From an uncultured Alphaproteobacteria bacterium (GTDB taxonomy: Bacteria > Pseudomonadota > Alphaproteobacteria > Rs-D84), in assembly GCA_944392815.1 (NCBI GenBank), contig CALXXY010000003.1:43520-107519 (forward strand): 64,000 nt of DNA, read 5' to 3'. Both the position numbers and the translations under genes were made by a program. Under the pieces are notes generated by a model that was given only the letters and a program-made list of their open reading frames with translations, did no database searches and was not told where the DNA came from. Shown here piece by piece: positions 19,634 through 29,676 of the stretch (the first letter of the stretch is position 1; every line of letters begins with the position of its first letter).

Positions 19634-19720
19634 AAAAATCCGGCCCCGCCGGATTTTTTTATTCACCTGTTGAAAAATTCACCAAAACACGATACAGTAC
19701 TCTCGCAAGGGGGCAAACAC

Positions 19721-20179
19721 ATGAAAAAATTTTTATTTGTATGCCTGGCGGCGGTGGTATTGACCGCATGCGGGGCAAATTTAAACAACGACAGATACGA
19801 AACATCTGGCACGGGTCACGTTAACACCGTGTCCCAGGGCGTAATCATAAACGCCCGCCCGGTCACCATCGCCACCGAAAATGGCGAAGTGGGACAACTG
19901 GCCGGTGGCATAGTCGGCGGCGTTGCCGGCAGTATGGTCAGCGACAACACCCTGGCACAAACAATCGGCGCGGTTGGCGGGGCTGTTTTGGGCGGATACC
20001 TGGGCGGCAAAGCGCAACAGGGTCTGTCCACCCAGGGCGGCATGGAATACATAGTCAAACTGGATTCCGGCAAATCCATCACATTAACCCAGGGTGACGA
20101 CGAAATATTTTCGGTCGGTCAACATGTATACGTTTTGGACGCGGACTATGACGAACGCGCCCGCATAATTGCACAGTAA
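19721..20179 (+). CDS. Glycine-zipper outer membrane lipoprotein (SlyB-like)
   Basis: Lipobox LTAC, glycine zipper GGIVGGVAG...GAVGGAVLGG and C-terminal EYIVKLDSG...TQ. Confidence 0.9.
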   Translation: MKKFLFVCLAAVVLTACGANLNNDRYETSGTGHVNTVSQGVIINARPVTIATENGEVGQLAGGIVGGVAGSMVSDNTLAQTIGAVGGAVLGGYLGGKAQQGLSTQGGMEYIVKLDSGKSITLTQGDDEIFSVGQHVYVLDADYDERARIIAQ

Positions 20180-20242
20180 AAAATGGTGCCACGGCACCAT
20201 TTTTTATAATTGCTTGCTTTTTCTAAATTTTTCATCTATAAT

Positions 20243-20334
20243 GGCCGCAGTTTCGCGGGTGGGCGCGGAACTGGTCCGATTAACCCCACAAGTCCTCGCA
20301 TTTTTTCTATAACACATGCGACGGCCAACTTTGT
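20243..20334 (+). promoter_or_regulatory. Structured 5' leader of rpsA (putative autoregulatory element)
   Basis: It follows TTGCTT...TATAAT. It contains the hairpins CAGTTTCGCG/CGCGGAACTG and TCGCAT/ATGCGA and a GGCCG/CGGCC closing stem. No clear SD sequence. Confidence 0.45.
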
Positions 20335-22035
20335 ATGAACTTTTTTATGAAAGATTTATCCAAAGATTTATTTAATCCATTATCCGGCGAAGATTTCGTC
20401 CAAATGTTTGATAAAAACTATGGTTCCCAGGAGACTTTGCAGGGTTATGCAACCAAGGGCACAGTCAAAGACATTCGCGGTGATTTCGCGATGGTTGACG
20501 TTGGCCTGAAATCCGAGGGCCGCGTTCCATTAAAAGAATTCGGCGCATCTGTACCATCTGTGGGCGACATCATTGACGTTTTTGTTGAACGCTATGAATC
20601 GCGCGAGGGGACTGCCGTTCTGTCCTATACCAAGGCCCGTGCAGAAAAAGCATGGAAAGAATTGGAAAAAACAGTCGCCGAAGGTATCGATCCCGAGGGC
20701 ACAATCATCGACGTTGTTCGTGGCGGCTATACCGTCGACATCAACGGCGTATTTGCATTTATGCCATCGTCCCAGGTTGATCACAAACCTGTACGCGATC
20801 CGAAATCTTTGATTGGATTAAAAGATAAATTCCGCGTATTGAAAATGGACGCGCTGCGCACGAACGCGATTGTTTCCCGCCGCGCTATCCAGGCCGACAC
20901 GATTGCCGCCGCCCAACGCGAAGCGATGAAAAACATTTCATTGGGCGCCGTTATCGAAGGCACAGTCAAAAACATCACCGACTATGGTGTGTTTGTTGAT
21001 TTGGGCGGAATTGATGGTTTATTGCACGTCACAGATTTGTCGTGGAAACGTGTTAATCACCCACGCGAATTGGTGCACGTCGGCCAGAAAATCAAAGTCA
21101 AAGTTATCCAATTCGATCCTGAATCCCATCGTATTTCGTTGGGTGCCAAACAATTGGAAGAAGACCCATGGGAAAATGCGTCCCGTGCATTTAATGTCGG
21201 CGACACAGTTTCCGGCAAAGTGTCATCTTTGACTGATTATGGTGCATTCATTGATCTGGGCAATAATATCGAAGGCCTGGTTCATATGTCCGAGTTATCA
21301 TGGACAAACAAAAACATTCACCCCAGCAAAGTTTTGCAAGTGGGCCAGGAAATCAATGTTGTTGTTTTGGGCATTGACCAGGAAAAACGCCGTATTTCGT
21401 TGGGTTATAAACAACTGCAACCAAATCCATGGAAACAGTTTGCAGAAACACACAACGTTGGCGACGTTGTCACCGGTCCGATTAAAAACACAACTGAATT
21501 CGGTTTGTTTGTGGCGTTAACGCCTGAATTGGACGGTATGGTTCACATTTCCGATTTGTCGTGGAACAAACTGGACGAAGAAGAATTGAAAAAATTCGTC
21601 CGTGGCCAGGAAGTGACCGCGAAAATCTTGGACATCAACCCAGAAAAAGAACGTATCACATTGGGTATCAAACAGTTGACGGAAAGCGCAGAAAACAACA
21701 GTGCTTCGTTGAAAAAGGGCGCCGTTGTTTCCGGTACTGTATCGGAAATCACACCAGACGAATTGATTTTGGCATTGCCGAATGATATCCGCGGTGTTAT
21801 TCGCCGCACAGACCTGTCGCGCGAAAAATCCGAACAGGATACCAATAAATTCAAGGTTGGTGACACAGTCGAGGCATCAGTCGTATCCGTCGACAACAAT
21901 GTTGTCAAACTGTCTATCCGCGCATTACAAGTGACGCTGGAAAAACAGGCGGTCAAAGAATACGCTAACCAGGCCGACAGCGGTTCTGTGCTGGGCGATA
22001 TTCTGGGTGCAGCGATTGAAAACAGCAAAAAATAA
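20335..22035 (+). CDS. rpsA: 30S ribosomal protein S1
   Basis: VDVGLKSEG and repeated S1 domains (DYGVFVDLGGIDGLLHVTDLSW). Confidence 0.98.
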   Translation: MNFFMKDLSKDLFNPLSGEDFVQMFDKNYGSQETLQGYATKGTVKDIRGDFAMVDVGLKSEGRVPLKEFGASVPSVGDIIDVFVERYESREGTAVLSYTKARAEKAWKELEKTVAEGIDPEGTIIDVVRGGYTVDINGVFAFMPSSQVDHKPVRDPKSLIGLKDKFRVLKMDALRTNAIVSRRAIQADTIAAAQREAMKNISLGAVIEGTVKNITDYGVFVDLGGIDGLLHVTDLSWKRVNHPRELVHVGQKIKVKVIQFDPESHRISLGAKQLEEDPWENASRAFNVGDTVSGKVSSLTDYGAFIDLGNNIEGLVHMSELSWTNKNIHPSKVLQVGQEINVVVLGIDQEKRRISLGYKQLQPNPWKQFAETHNVGDVVTGPIKNTTEFGLFVALTPELDGMVHISDLSWNKLDEEELKKFVRGQEVTAKILDINPEKERITLGIKQLTESAENNSASLKKGAVVSGTVSEITPDELILALPNDIRGVIRRTDLSREKSEQDTNKFKVGDTVEASVVSVDNNVVKLSIRALQVTLEKQAVKEYANQADSGSVLGDILGAAIENSKK

Positions 22036-22112
22036 TCTGAGATATTTTTTCAGATTATTAAAACGGAATCCGGCACTTGCCGGGTTCTGTTTTTTATGGT
22101 ATAATCCCCAAC

Positions 22113-22667
22113 ATGAAACAGATGATTATCCTGATGGGCGGTCAGGGCGTAGGCAAGGGCACATTTGCACGCATGCTGCGCGAACGCCACAATTATGCAT
22201 ACATAGAAACGGGCAAAATGCTGCGCGACGCGGCGGCAACCGACAAAACAATCGGCGACATTATGGCACGCGGTGAACTGTTGCCATTTGAAATGCTGGC
22301 AAAACTGGTTGCGGATAATATCCCCACCGACACAGACGTGTTAATGGACGGTTTTCCCCGCACATTGCCCCAGGCCCAATGGTTGGTTGAAAACTATGCC
22401 GATAAATTTGACGTCCGCGTGATATACCTGAATGTCCCCGAAGAAATCATGATTGCGCGCATTCAAAAACGCATACGCGAGGGGGGCGGTCGTGCCGACG
22501 ACGCTGACGCAGCCGCCGTGCGCAAACGTCTGGACATTTTTCAGTCGGAAACAATGCCGGCAATTGATTGGCTGCGCACAGTTCCCAACATATGTTTCGC
22601 AGATGTTGATGTATCGGGCGCGGTTGATGATAATTTCAAAAACATATTAACTGCATTGGAAAAATAA
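22113..22667 (+). CDS. adk: Adenylate kinase (short-LID type)
   Basis: P-loop GGQGVGKGT, DGFPRTLPQA and GRADD. Start set at ATG 22113. Confidence 0.88.
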   Translation: MKQMIILMGGQGVGKGTFARMLRERHNYAYIETGKMLRDAAATDKTIGDIMARGELLPFEMLAKLVADNIPTDTDVLMDGFPRTLPQAQWLVENYADKFDVRVIYLNVPEEIMIARIQKRIREGGGRADDADAAAVRKRLDIFQSETMPAIDWLRTVPNICFADVDVSGAVDDNFKNILTALEK

Positions 22668-22691
22668 AAAAATCGCCATTTGGCGATTTTT

Positions 22692-23576
22692 TTATACCAC
22701 GCGCTGGCGTATAACACTGAACAGCGCAAATCCAATTAACAATATCATAATTAAAACAAATATCACCATGGACGTTTGTTCACTGTCTGCAAATGGCAAA
22801 GCCATATTCATGCCGTAATATCCAACTATCACGGTCGGCACCACCAAAATAATATTCCACATAGTCAGCCGATTAATATACATATTTGAATCCATGTTAA
22901 TAACGCTTTCGAACGTTTCTTTGATGGATTTCAACATTTTGCTGTACGACGTGACAACTTCTATACCCTGGGATAATTCGATACGTGCGTCTTCGGTTAA
23001 TTCGCGCGCTTCTTCTGTTTTAACGAATCCGCGAACCTTTTCCAATTTATCCAACACAGCAACATTTCCCTTCAGCCCGGCCATATACAGGGTATAACTG
23101 TTTTCAACCTCTAACAGTGCCATCAGTTCGTTTTTACGCACCCGTTCCTGCAAAACCCGTTTGGACGCCAACACGCGCTTGTTTAATTCCTTTAAAAACC
23201 GCAGGTACGATTCGGCGATATAGTAAATAATGTTCAAAACAAATTCTTCGCGCGACGTTTTTTCGTCCCGTTTGATTCTGTCCAGCAAATCACAACGCTT
23301 GCGACACACAGTAATAACACGATTTGCCGAATAAATTATAGACAGCGGTTCAGTATGCCACAACGTATCAGTTTCGCGATTTATAATTGGGAAACGCACG
23401 ATGATAACCTTGTAATCATCTTCGACTTCGAATCGTGGCTGTTCATCAGGATCCAAAATATCTGAAATAGTATCCTGGTCAATTTTATATTCACTTTGCA
23501 GACGTTCAAAATCTTCGTGATCGGGATTTCCAACATTCACCCATGAAAAACTTTTTAATTTTTCAGTCACAAACAT
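22692..23576 (-). CDS. corA: CorA-family magnesium transporter
   Basis: GMN signature (YYGMN) between two C-terminal TM helices, and DPDEQPR. Confidence 0.92.
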   Translation of the reverse strand: MFVTEKLKSFSWVNVGNPDHEDFERLQSEYKIDQDTISDILDPDEQPRFEVEDDYKVIIVRFPIINRETDTLWHTEPLSIIYSANRVITVCRKRCDLLDRIKRDEKTSREEFVLNIIYYIAESYLRFLKELNKRVLASKRVLQERVRKNELMALLEVENSYTLYMAGLKGNVAVLDKLEKVRGFVKTEEARELTEDARIELSQGIEVVTSYSKMLKSIKETFESVINMDSNMYINRLTMWNIILVVPTVIVGYYGMNMALPFADSEQTSMVIFVLIMILLIGFALFSVIRQRVV

Positions 23577-23609
23577 TGCGCACCCCCAACGAATAAAAAA
23601 ATTCAACTC

Positions 23610-23897
23610 GCCACACTACGTTAAAACTTCGTGTGGCACTCCTTTGCGTTAAACGTTCCGCTTCGGCTTGCCACCCGAAGCGTCACGGACGCAAAGGGTG
23701 GTCGGGGCGACAGGAATCCCTCGCACGGTGCCTGGGCACCGGCTGCGGGGCATTCGTGACGATTTGGCCACACTACGTTTGCCAAATCTACTCATTGTCG
23801 AACCACGGCATGCATTGCATGCAACGCCGATTTCGTTATACCCACAAACATGAATAAAAATAACATCTCTCTGCGATTGATATTATTTTTATTCATG
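23610..23897. repeat. Palindrome-rich element downstream of tRNA-Pro with a duplicated tRNA 3' end
   Basis: TGGTCGGGGCGACAGGAATC occurs at 23699 and 23896. GCCACACTACGTT occurs twice. There are several hairpins and a 15-bp inverted repeat spanning 23849-23897. Confidence 0.8.
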
Positions 23898-23972
23898 GTC
23901 GGGGCGACAGGAATCGAACCTGCGACCCCTTGCACCCCATGCAAGTACTCTACCAGGCTGAGCTACGCCCCG
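23896..23972 (-). tRNA. tRNA-Pro(GGG)
   Basis: CGGGGCGTAGCTCAGCCTGGTAGAG..., anticodon loop ATGGGGT, CCA end. Confidence 0.97.
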
Positions 23973-24093
23973 ACGTACGCATATTTATACAATTCCCACG
24001 CAGTAAAAGCAAGTATATTTTATGCTTGCACGAATCGGAAAAAAGTTATTAGTATTCGGCATATCAATATTAATAACACCAGGGAGTAAATCC

Positions 24094-24471
24094 GTGATAG
24101 CAGGTATTGGAATTGATTTGGTCGAATGCGACAGATTTCTGGATTGGTCTGCATTCAAAAAACAGCGTATATTTACAAAAAAAGAATTGGAATATGCCGA
24201 CAATGACAATGCCAATTCTGAAAAACATCTGGCAAATTTCTGGGCCGCGCGCGAGGCATGCTTAAAAGCACTCGGCACAGGTTTCGGTGACGACATCGGA
24301 TTTTCAGACGTATCGGTCACCCACAACGACGCGGGTCGGCCAGAATTATTAATAACCGGCGGGGCCAAGGCCGCGTTAAAGGAATTAGCCGGCCCCAACG
24401 CGTCAGTATTTTTGTCCATCACTGACCAGGAGGATTATTCCGCCGCGATGGTTGTAATTGAACGCCAATAA
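24094..24471 (+). CDS. acpS: Holo-[acyl-carrier-protein] synthase
   Basis: GIGIDLV, FWAAREACLKALGTG and LSIT. GTG start after an AGGGAG RBS. Confidence 0.93.
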   Translation: MIAGIGIDLVECDRFLDWSAFKKQRIFTKKELEYADNDNANSEKHLANFWAAREACLKALGTGFGDDIGFSDVSVTHNDAGRPELLITGGAKAALKELAGPNASVFLSITDQEDYSAAMVVIERQ

Positions 24472-24497
24472 AAAATCCGCCACCCGGCGGATTTTTA

Positions 24498-24899
24498 TTA
24501 TGGCTGATATCTGCAATCCTGATCATATACAAACGTGCCACTGGGTTCAATAAACGGGTCATTGGATTGCGCATAGCAGGCGGCAATGCCGTTTATGCCC
24601 GTTCTGGAATGAACCACAACAAATGGATTCCCAACAATCACAGGCACAGTCCCCGGAATTTCGAATCCGATCTCGCCATTAACCCCGGCACCCAGGCAAC
24701 AACTGATTGTCGTGCCTTCGTGCCCAACCCTCACACTATATCCGGCATATCCGGACGTGTTGGGTATTGCGGCAACAGTTTCTGTAAAGTTTCCATTTGT
24801 ACCGCATTTATATATTGTGCCACACGGTTCGGGGAATGGGATCGCCACCGCCCCATGTGATATGTCGCGTTGGGGCAGTGGTATACGAACGGTGAAATA
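24498..24899 (-). pseudogene. Headless C-terminal fragment of a Cys-rich secreted protein (paralog of 63216-63905)
   Basis: Aligns with the C-terminal half of 63216-63905 (CG.lY.C, GYA, ISCC.G.G.NGE, P.VVVHS, PSGT.VYD.DCRYQ). The frame is open only up to a TGA at 24902-24900, at the edge of the palindromic element. No signal peptide. Confidence 0.75.
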
Positions 24900-24903
24900 T
24901 CAG

Positions 24904-25266
24904 AATGCCCACCGCCGACCGGGCCCCGCGCAAACATAGTTTGCGTGGGTGGTTCCAGGGCGGGGGGGGGGGTGACGGTCGTCAGACCGTCGGGGGGTGG
25001 GGCACAATGACCACCCCGTCGCGCAAAGCGTGGCGATCCAGTAAATAAAAAAGTACTGCGGGCGAACGCCCGCAGACATATTGCACTGGATTGCCACAGT
25101 CGTACGCCAACGTTTTCAACGTTGATCGTACTCCTTCGCAATGACAGGAGCAGAGTGGACATTATCTACACTCTATACTCTACACTCTTCACTCTATTAT
25201 TCCCGCACCAGCGGGAATAATATAACTCTCCACTCTATTATTGTCACGCTGTGCGTGACAATAATA
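24904..25266. repeat. Mosaic REP-like palindromic element (modules X + Z + W)
   Basis: X matches 4631-4745. Z (25023-25148) is nearly identical to 47730-47854. W consists of CTCTACA-type repeats plus TATTATTCCCGC/GCGGGAATAATA hairpins. Confidence 0.85.
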
Positions 25267-25284
25267 TCACTCTGCGCGGGAAAT

Positions 25285-27651
25285 TTATATCAATGGCGGG
25301 AAACAATCGCCCCCTGATTGTGGGCAACAATTAAATCCCATGTCGCCCATATCTGTATAAATCTCGCCTGGGCAACAGCCATTCACATCGGGCGCACTGC
25401 CGTCTGGACACGCCGGCAAATTTGATGGAACTTCTTCCTGCCACACAACGGACGTCACCGATTGCGGCACGTATTCATCATTGGTCGCAACTGCGCCACC
25501 GCCAACATTCGTGGTCGCACCCGCCGTCACCACAGACGGCCCAGTCGTATCCACAGCCACCATATTTTCATTACGCAACGTTTCCGTATCGTAATTCGAA
25601 TCGGCAACGAACATATTTTCATTCTGTGATACGTTGTACGCGGGCTTGCTGGCCAAAATATCCTCTTCGGATTCCACAACAACTGATTCGGGTTCGCTGA
25701 CCGGCACAGGCGGTGTCACATTCACCGATTCGATAACAACATCAGCGTCCTGGACAGGTTGCGGTTCCAACACAACCGTTTCCGGTTCGGGCTGCGCCAC
25801 AGGTTCCGGTTCACTGACCGGCACAGGCACAGGTTCTGGTTCGGGCTGTGCCACAGGTTCCGGCTCGTCTACAACGGGCGCCGGCACTTCGACAACAGCG
25901 GGCTCGACCACCGGGGCGGGCGTTTCAATTTCAGGTATAAACGGACTGTCGGCCGCATCACCGCTTTCATCAGTCGCGACATCAGCCACCTGGGCTGTTG
26001 GCACCGTTGTGGTTAAATCGGGCACCTGGTCATTGGTATTACGCTGATACAGCCACAATGTAAATATCGACAACCCGATCAATAATATCAACAACAGATA
26101 ATACACAAACGTCGGCTTGCGCGGGGCAGGATTTGTCGGCGCAGCGGTCCCCGTTATTGGCGACACAGGGCGGGGTGCATTCGCACCGGCGGGTGCATTT
26201 ACCGCCGGTGACACCGGTCGCGCCGCGGCACTGGCCGCTGGGGCGGGTGTCGGCATCGGATTTTGCATTCCCGCATTATTCCCGGGCGCCGCCACACTAT
26301 CGTCCGCAACCGGCGGCACCGGGGCGGGACGTACAGGTTGTGCGGGTTGAACTGGCTGTACAGGTTCAGTCGTATTCGCCCCCATTAATTCAGAATCCAA
26401 TTGAACATTTGAATCCACATCATTCGGCTGGGGAATATCAACCGACGTAATCGTATCCAACACAGGCGCAGATTGTGGCACAGTGGGCGCAACATCGTCG
26501 TTCGTCACAGGCGTCACATTTATTGGTGCACTATCCCCAACCGGGGCGGGCGCCGCCGCGGGTTCAGATTGCGTTGGTGGCGTAAACGACAACGGTTTTT
26601 CATCAATCACACTGTCATACAAATCATCAGTCGACTGACCAGAATTTTCCACAGGACTGGACACACCGAATTCAATCGGTTTAAACGCGATATCTTCGTC
26701 CATTATATCTGGATTTTTGTCGAACAAAGGTTGTACTTCGTCATTTTTCATTGTTTCGTCGGCCATATTTTCCGCCTTTGGTTCTGCTGTATTAAATTCA
26801 ATTTCTTTGTCATATGTTATATCAGCGACGTCATTGTCATCATCAACATCGTCCACGTCATCATCATACGAAATATTATACGACGTCACCACAGGTGCGT
26901 CCACAGATTCCGCCGGCATAACAACATTTTTCGCCGGCGCCACATTTGCGACCATGGTCGCGTCACTGGTTGCGGGGCGGGCCAAAATCTCGCGCGCGGC
27001 GGCGGCATCTTCATCAGCCACTATCAAACGCCGTTGTGCATTGGATAAACGTTTTTTCGCGCGACGCAATTTTTCATTTGTCGCATCAATTTGTGCATCT
27101 GTCCGTAAAATTTTCGACGCAGATTGTTTTGTCGGCTCGCGCCCAACTTTCTTTTTTTGCTGTGATAACTGTGCCCGCAAAGAACGCAATTTGACCTGTA
27201 ATTCATCGATAGTTTCACGCGCACGGGTAATGGTTTCGCGCGCCCGGTCAGCATTCGATTCCGCCATAGCCAACCGTTCAGCCGCAGCGCGCCGGACTGA
27301 ATCCTCGCGAAAATGGGTTAATGCAACCAGCGCATCGGACAAATCAGCCCCATTTTCATACGCACGAATTAAATCGTCGTATTCCGACAGCCCGCTGTAT
27401 TCAATATCCAACTTTTGATATTTATTATTTTTCTTTGGCCGCACAGTTTCCAAATCAACCCCATAATCATTGGCCAAAATATCGTCCCATTTGCGATCAC
27501 CCACGGGATTAATCACCAACAACGCGTTAGGTTTGCGATTATCAACGGTATTATCCAACACGAACACCAATTTACCGTCCGCGTCATAATACGCCCGCAG
27601 CGCATTTCCGCCGATATTATATTCCCTGAATGTTAAAACAGAATTATCCAT
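25285..27651 (-). CDS. Large bitopic membrane protein (coiled-coil, Pro/acidic linkers, C-terminal Cys-rich module)
   Basis: 788-aa ORF with one TM helix (FVYYLLLILLIGLSIFTLWLY), PEP repeats and a C-terminal CPDG...CCPG...CCP...CFPP. Confidence 0.8.
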   Translation of the reverse strand: MDNSVLTFREYNIGGNALRAYYDADGKLVFVLDNTVDNRKPNALLVINPVGDRKWDDILANDYGVDLETVRPKKNNKYQKLDIEYSGLSEYDDLIRAYENGADLSDALVALTHFREDSVRRAAAERLAMAESNADRARETITRARETIDELQVKLRSLRAQLSQQKKKVGREPTKQSASKILRTDAQIDATNEKLRRAKKRLSNAQRRLIVADEDAAAAREILARPATSDATMVANVAPAKNVVMPAESVDAPVVTSYNISYDDDVDDVDDDNDVADITYDKEIEFNTAEPKAENMADETMKNDEVQPLFDKNPDIMDEDIAFKPIEFGVSSPVENSGQSTDDLYDSVIDEKPLSFTPPTQSEPAAAPAPVGDSAPINVTPVTNDDVAPTVPQSAPVLDTITSVDIPQPNDVDSNVQLDSELMGANTTEPVQPVQPAQPVRPAPVPPVADDSVAAPGNNAGMQNPMPTPAPAASAAARPVSPAVNAPAGANAPRPVSPITGTAAPTNPAPRKPTFVYYLLLILLIGLSIFTLWLYQRNTNDQVPDLTTTVPTAQVADVATDESGDAADSPFIPEIETPAPVVEPAVVEVPAPVVDEPEPVAQPEPEPVPVPVSEPEPVAQPEPETVVLEPQPVQDADVVIESVNVTPPVPVSEPESVVVESEEDILASKPAYNVSQNENMFVADSNYDTETLRNENMVAVDTTGPSVVTAGATTNVGGGAVATNDEYVPQSVTSVVWQEEVPSNLPACPDGSAPDVNGCCPGEIYTDMGDMGFNCCPQSGGDCFPPLI

Positions 27652-27681
27652 TTTTCCCTCTCGCTTTGCGTGCGCCCAATT

Positions 27682-28233
27682 CTATTTTTTCTTTGGCGGT
27701 GTAAATTGATATGCCTGCTTGCAGTGCTCATAACAATACGGTTTGCCAACAAACACAGGTGCGCCACAGAAATGGAACCCCTCGGAATCAGGGTCACCAA
27801 TTGGCCACCGGCATTGATTTGGTTTCAAATTCGCCAATTCCAACGCATGCTGTACAATACGCTGATGCATGGCCAAATTTTTATTCAAAGATTTCCCACC
27901 ACGTGCGGTCGTCGTGGTCGTGGTTGCCTTTTTTGCGCCACCAGCCACAGTTTTCCCGCCGCGGGTCGCTGTACGTGTCGCAGTGGCACGCCTGGCCGTG
28001 GTGGTTGATTTTTTCACAGTCACCTTGGGCGCAGTTTTTTTTGCGGGTTCCTTTTTCTTGGCCGTGGCACCGGCAACCCCGCCGGCCTTGGAATTCCAGC
28101 CCAGTCGATTTAATTTGCCAACAACGGCGTTTTTACTCATGCCCAAACGTTTGCCGATTTCGGCGGTGGACAAACCCTTGCCCGTCAGGGCTTTTAATTT
28201 TTTCAGTGTGGCGTTATCCCAACCTTTACTCAT
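27682..28233 (-). CDS. gcrA: GcrA cell-cycle regulator
   Basis: N-terminal HTH (W...GLSTAEIGKRLGMSKNAVVGKLNRLG) and C-terminal CRWPIGDP...FHFCG...PYCYEH. Confidence 0.95.
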   Translation of the reverse strand: MSKGWDNATLKKLKALTGKGLSTAEIGKRLGMSKNAVVGKLNRLGWNSKAGGVAGATAKKKEPAKKTAPKVTVKKSTTTARRATATRTATRGGKTVAGGAKKATTTTTTARGGKSLNKNLAMHQRIVQHALELANLKPNQCRWPIGDPDSEGFHFCGAPVFVGKPYCYEHCKQAYQFTPPKKK

Positions 28234-28306
28234 TTTAAAAAATCCTTGTTATACATATCGGTATAATTGTAGCATAGTTTCGAATCGAAAGGCAAGGGGG
28301 AAAAAT

Positions 28307-28765
28307 ATGTTTTATTATATCTTTTTTATTATTTTGTTGGCGGGTGCCGCCGCATGTGCATGGGGTATTTCGCGCGCAGATTTCCGTCGGCGTATTATCC
28401 CGGACGCATACCTGTTTCCACTGTTGCTGATTGGATTGGTCGTCACCCAGTTTTTCCCATGGCCCGTCACCCCATCAGACGGCGCAATTGCGGCCGTGGC
28501 CGGATATACATTAACATCATTAATCGGATTAATATTTGAAAAATTCCAACCCAGCCAAACACCCCCCATCGGCATGGGCGATATAAAATTGATTTCAGTG
28601 GCCGGCATTTGGCTGGGGTCAGTTGGATTGGCGGGCGCATTGGCATTGGCGTGCATATCGGGCATGATTTGGGGCGCAACAAAAAAACAAAAATACATTC
28701 CATTTGGACCGTTTCTGATAATCGGTGGAATTTTATCTTTAATTACAATAACGTTTTTGATATAA
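28307..28765 (+). CDS. A24-family prepilin peptidase (minimal form)
   Basis: DFRRRIIPD, IGMGDIKL and IPFGPFL. Start set at ATG 28307. Confidence 0.9.
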   Translation: MFYYIFFIILLAGAAACAWGISRADFRRRIIPDAYLFPLLLIGLVVTQFFPWPVTPSDGAIAAVAGYTLTSLIGLIFEKFQPSQTPPIGMGDIKLISVAGIWLGSVGLAGALALACISGMIWGATKKQKYIPFGPFLIIGGILSLITITFLI

Positions 28766-28791
28766 TATAAAAATAAACGGGAACCCGAGAG

Positions 28792-29673
28792 ATGAAATCA
28801 TACACTATATCAGCACTGTCAGCATTTTTGTTGCTGTTGACCACACCGGCCATGGCGACAACTTTTCCAACGCCCACAACGCCATTTTCGCAATACGGTC
28901 AAATTCAAAATGTGCAAAATTATTCGTCCAATCCATTTTGGGACCCCAGTTCACCGTATAATCAACGCATGCCTGTGCCGGTATACGTGACGGGCACAGA
29001 CGTTGACACAGCCGATTGTACCACGGTGGTTGGCGCACTGGTTGCATCATTTTGCGCAACACGTAATAATTGCGTGGGAATGGATGTAAACGACGCCCGC
29101 CCAACAATCACTGTCCAATTGGCCAGTTTGCCCAACCACAACTATGTGACGCCGTGCGCGGGCTATATCGACAGCGAATTTGATAAATACGTATCACAAA
29201 ACGCGGTTGCCGCCCCAACGGGGAAAACAGTGGCATTTCCAACCGCAACCACGGCAAACCCGACGGTAAATCAGCAAAACTATCAATTTACAAATCCATA
29301 TGATCCAAAACCCGCCGATTGGCAAATTGACATGATGGAACGCAAAAACGAATTGCAGAATTTGCAATCGGCAAATACAGCGGGTACATCGCAATTGGCA
29401 CGCGCCAGTTTCCCAACCACCGCGGCCGATTTATCGTTTACCGAACGCATTCAAAATGATGCGGCTGGATACGCCCCATACGCCGGCAAATCTGCATACG
29501 AACCATTAAACATAGAAAGCGAGGAAAAATATCGCCAACGCACGAACGCATATTGCAATTCCAAAATGGCGACATTACGCACAATCGACGCAGATTTACA
29601 AACCATATCAGATTGCAGAACGTCCGGCACACCATTCAACGATTGTGTTAAAAAATTACAGGGGATATATTAA
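28792..29673 (+). CDS. Secreted hypothetical protein
   Basis: Signal peptide ending AMA, with paired Cys residues. Confidence 0.8.
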   Translation: MKSYTISALSAFLLLLTTPAMATTFPTPTTPFSQYGQIQNVQNYSSNPFWDPSSPYNQRMPVPVYVTGTDVDTADCTTVVGALVASFCATRNNCVGMDVNDARPTITVQLASLPNHNYVTPCAGYIDSEFDKYVSQNAVAAPTGKTVAFPTATTANPTVNQQNYQFTNPYDPKPADWQIDMMERKNELQNLQSANTAGTSQLARASFPTTAADLSFTERIQNDAAGYAPYAGKSAYEPLNIESEEKYRQRTNAYCNSKMATLRTIDADLQTISDCRTSGTPFNDCVKKLQGIY

Positions 29674-29676
29674 AAC

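Noticed and set aside
24731-25162. ORFs 24731-25162, 4470-4781 and 47707-47912, which share peptide sequence
   Set aside because: They are translations of the repeated palindromic modules, with no RBS or protein-like features.
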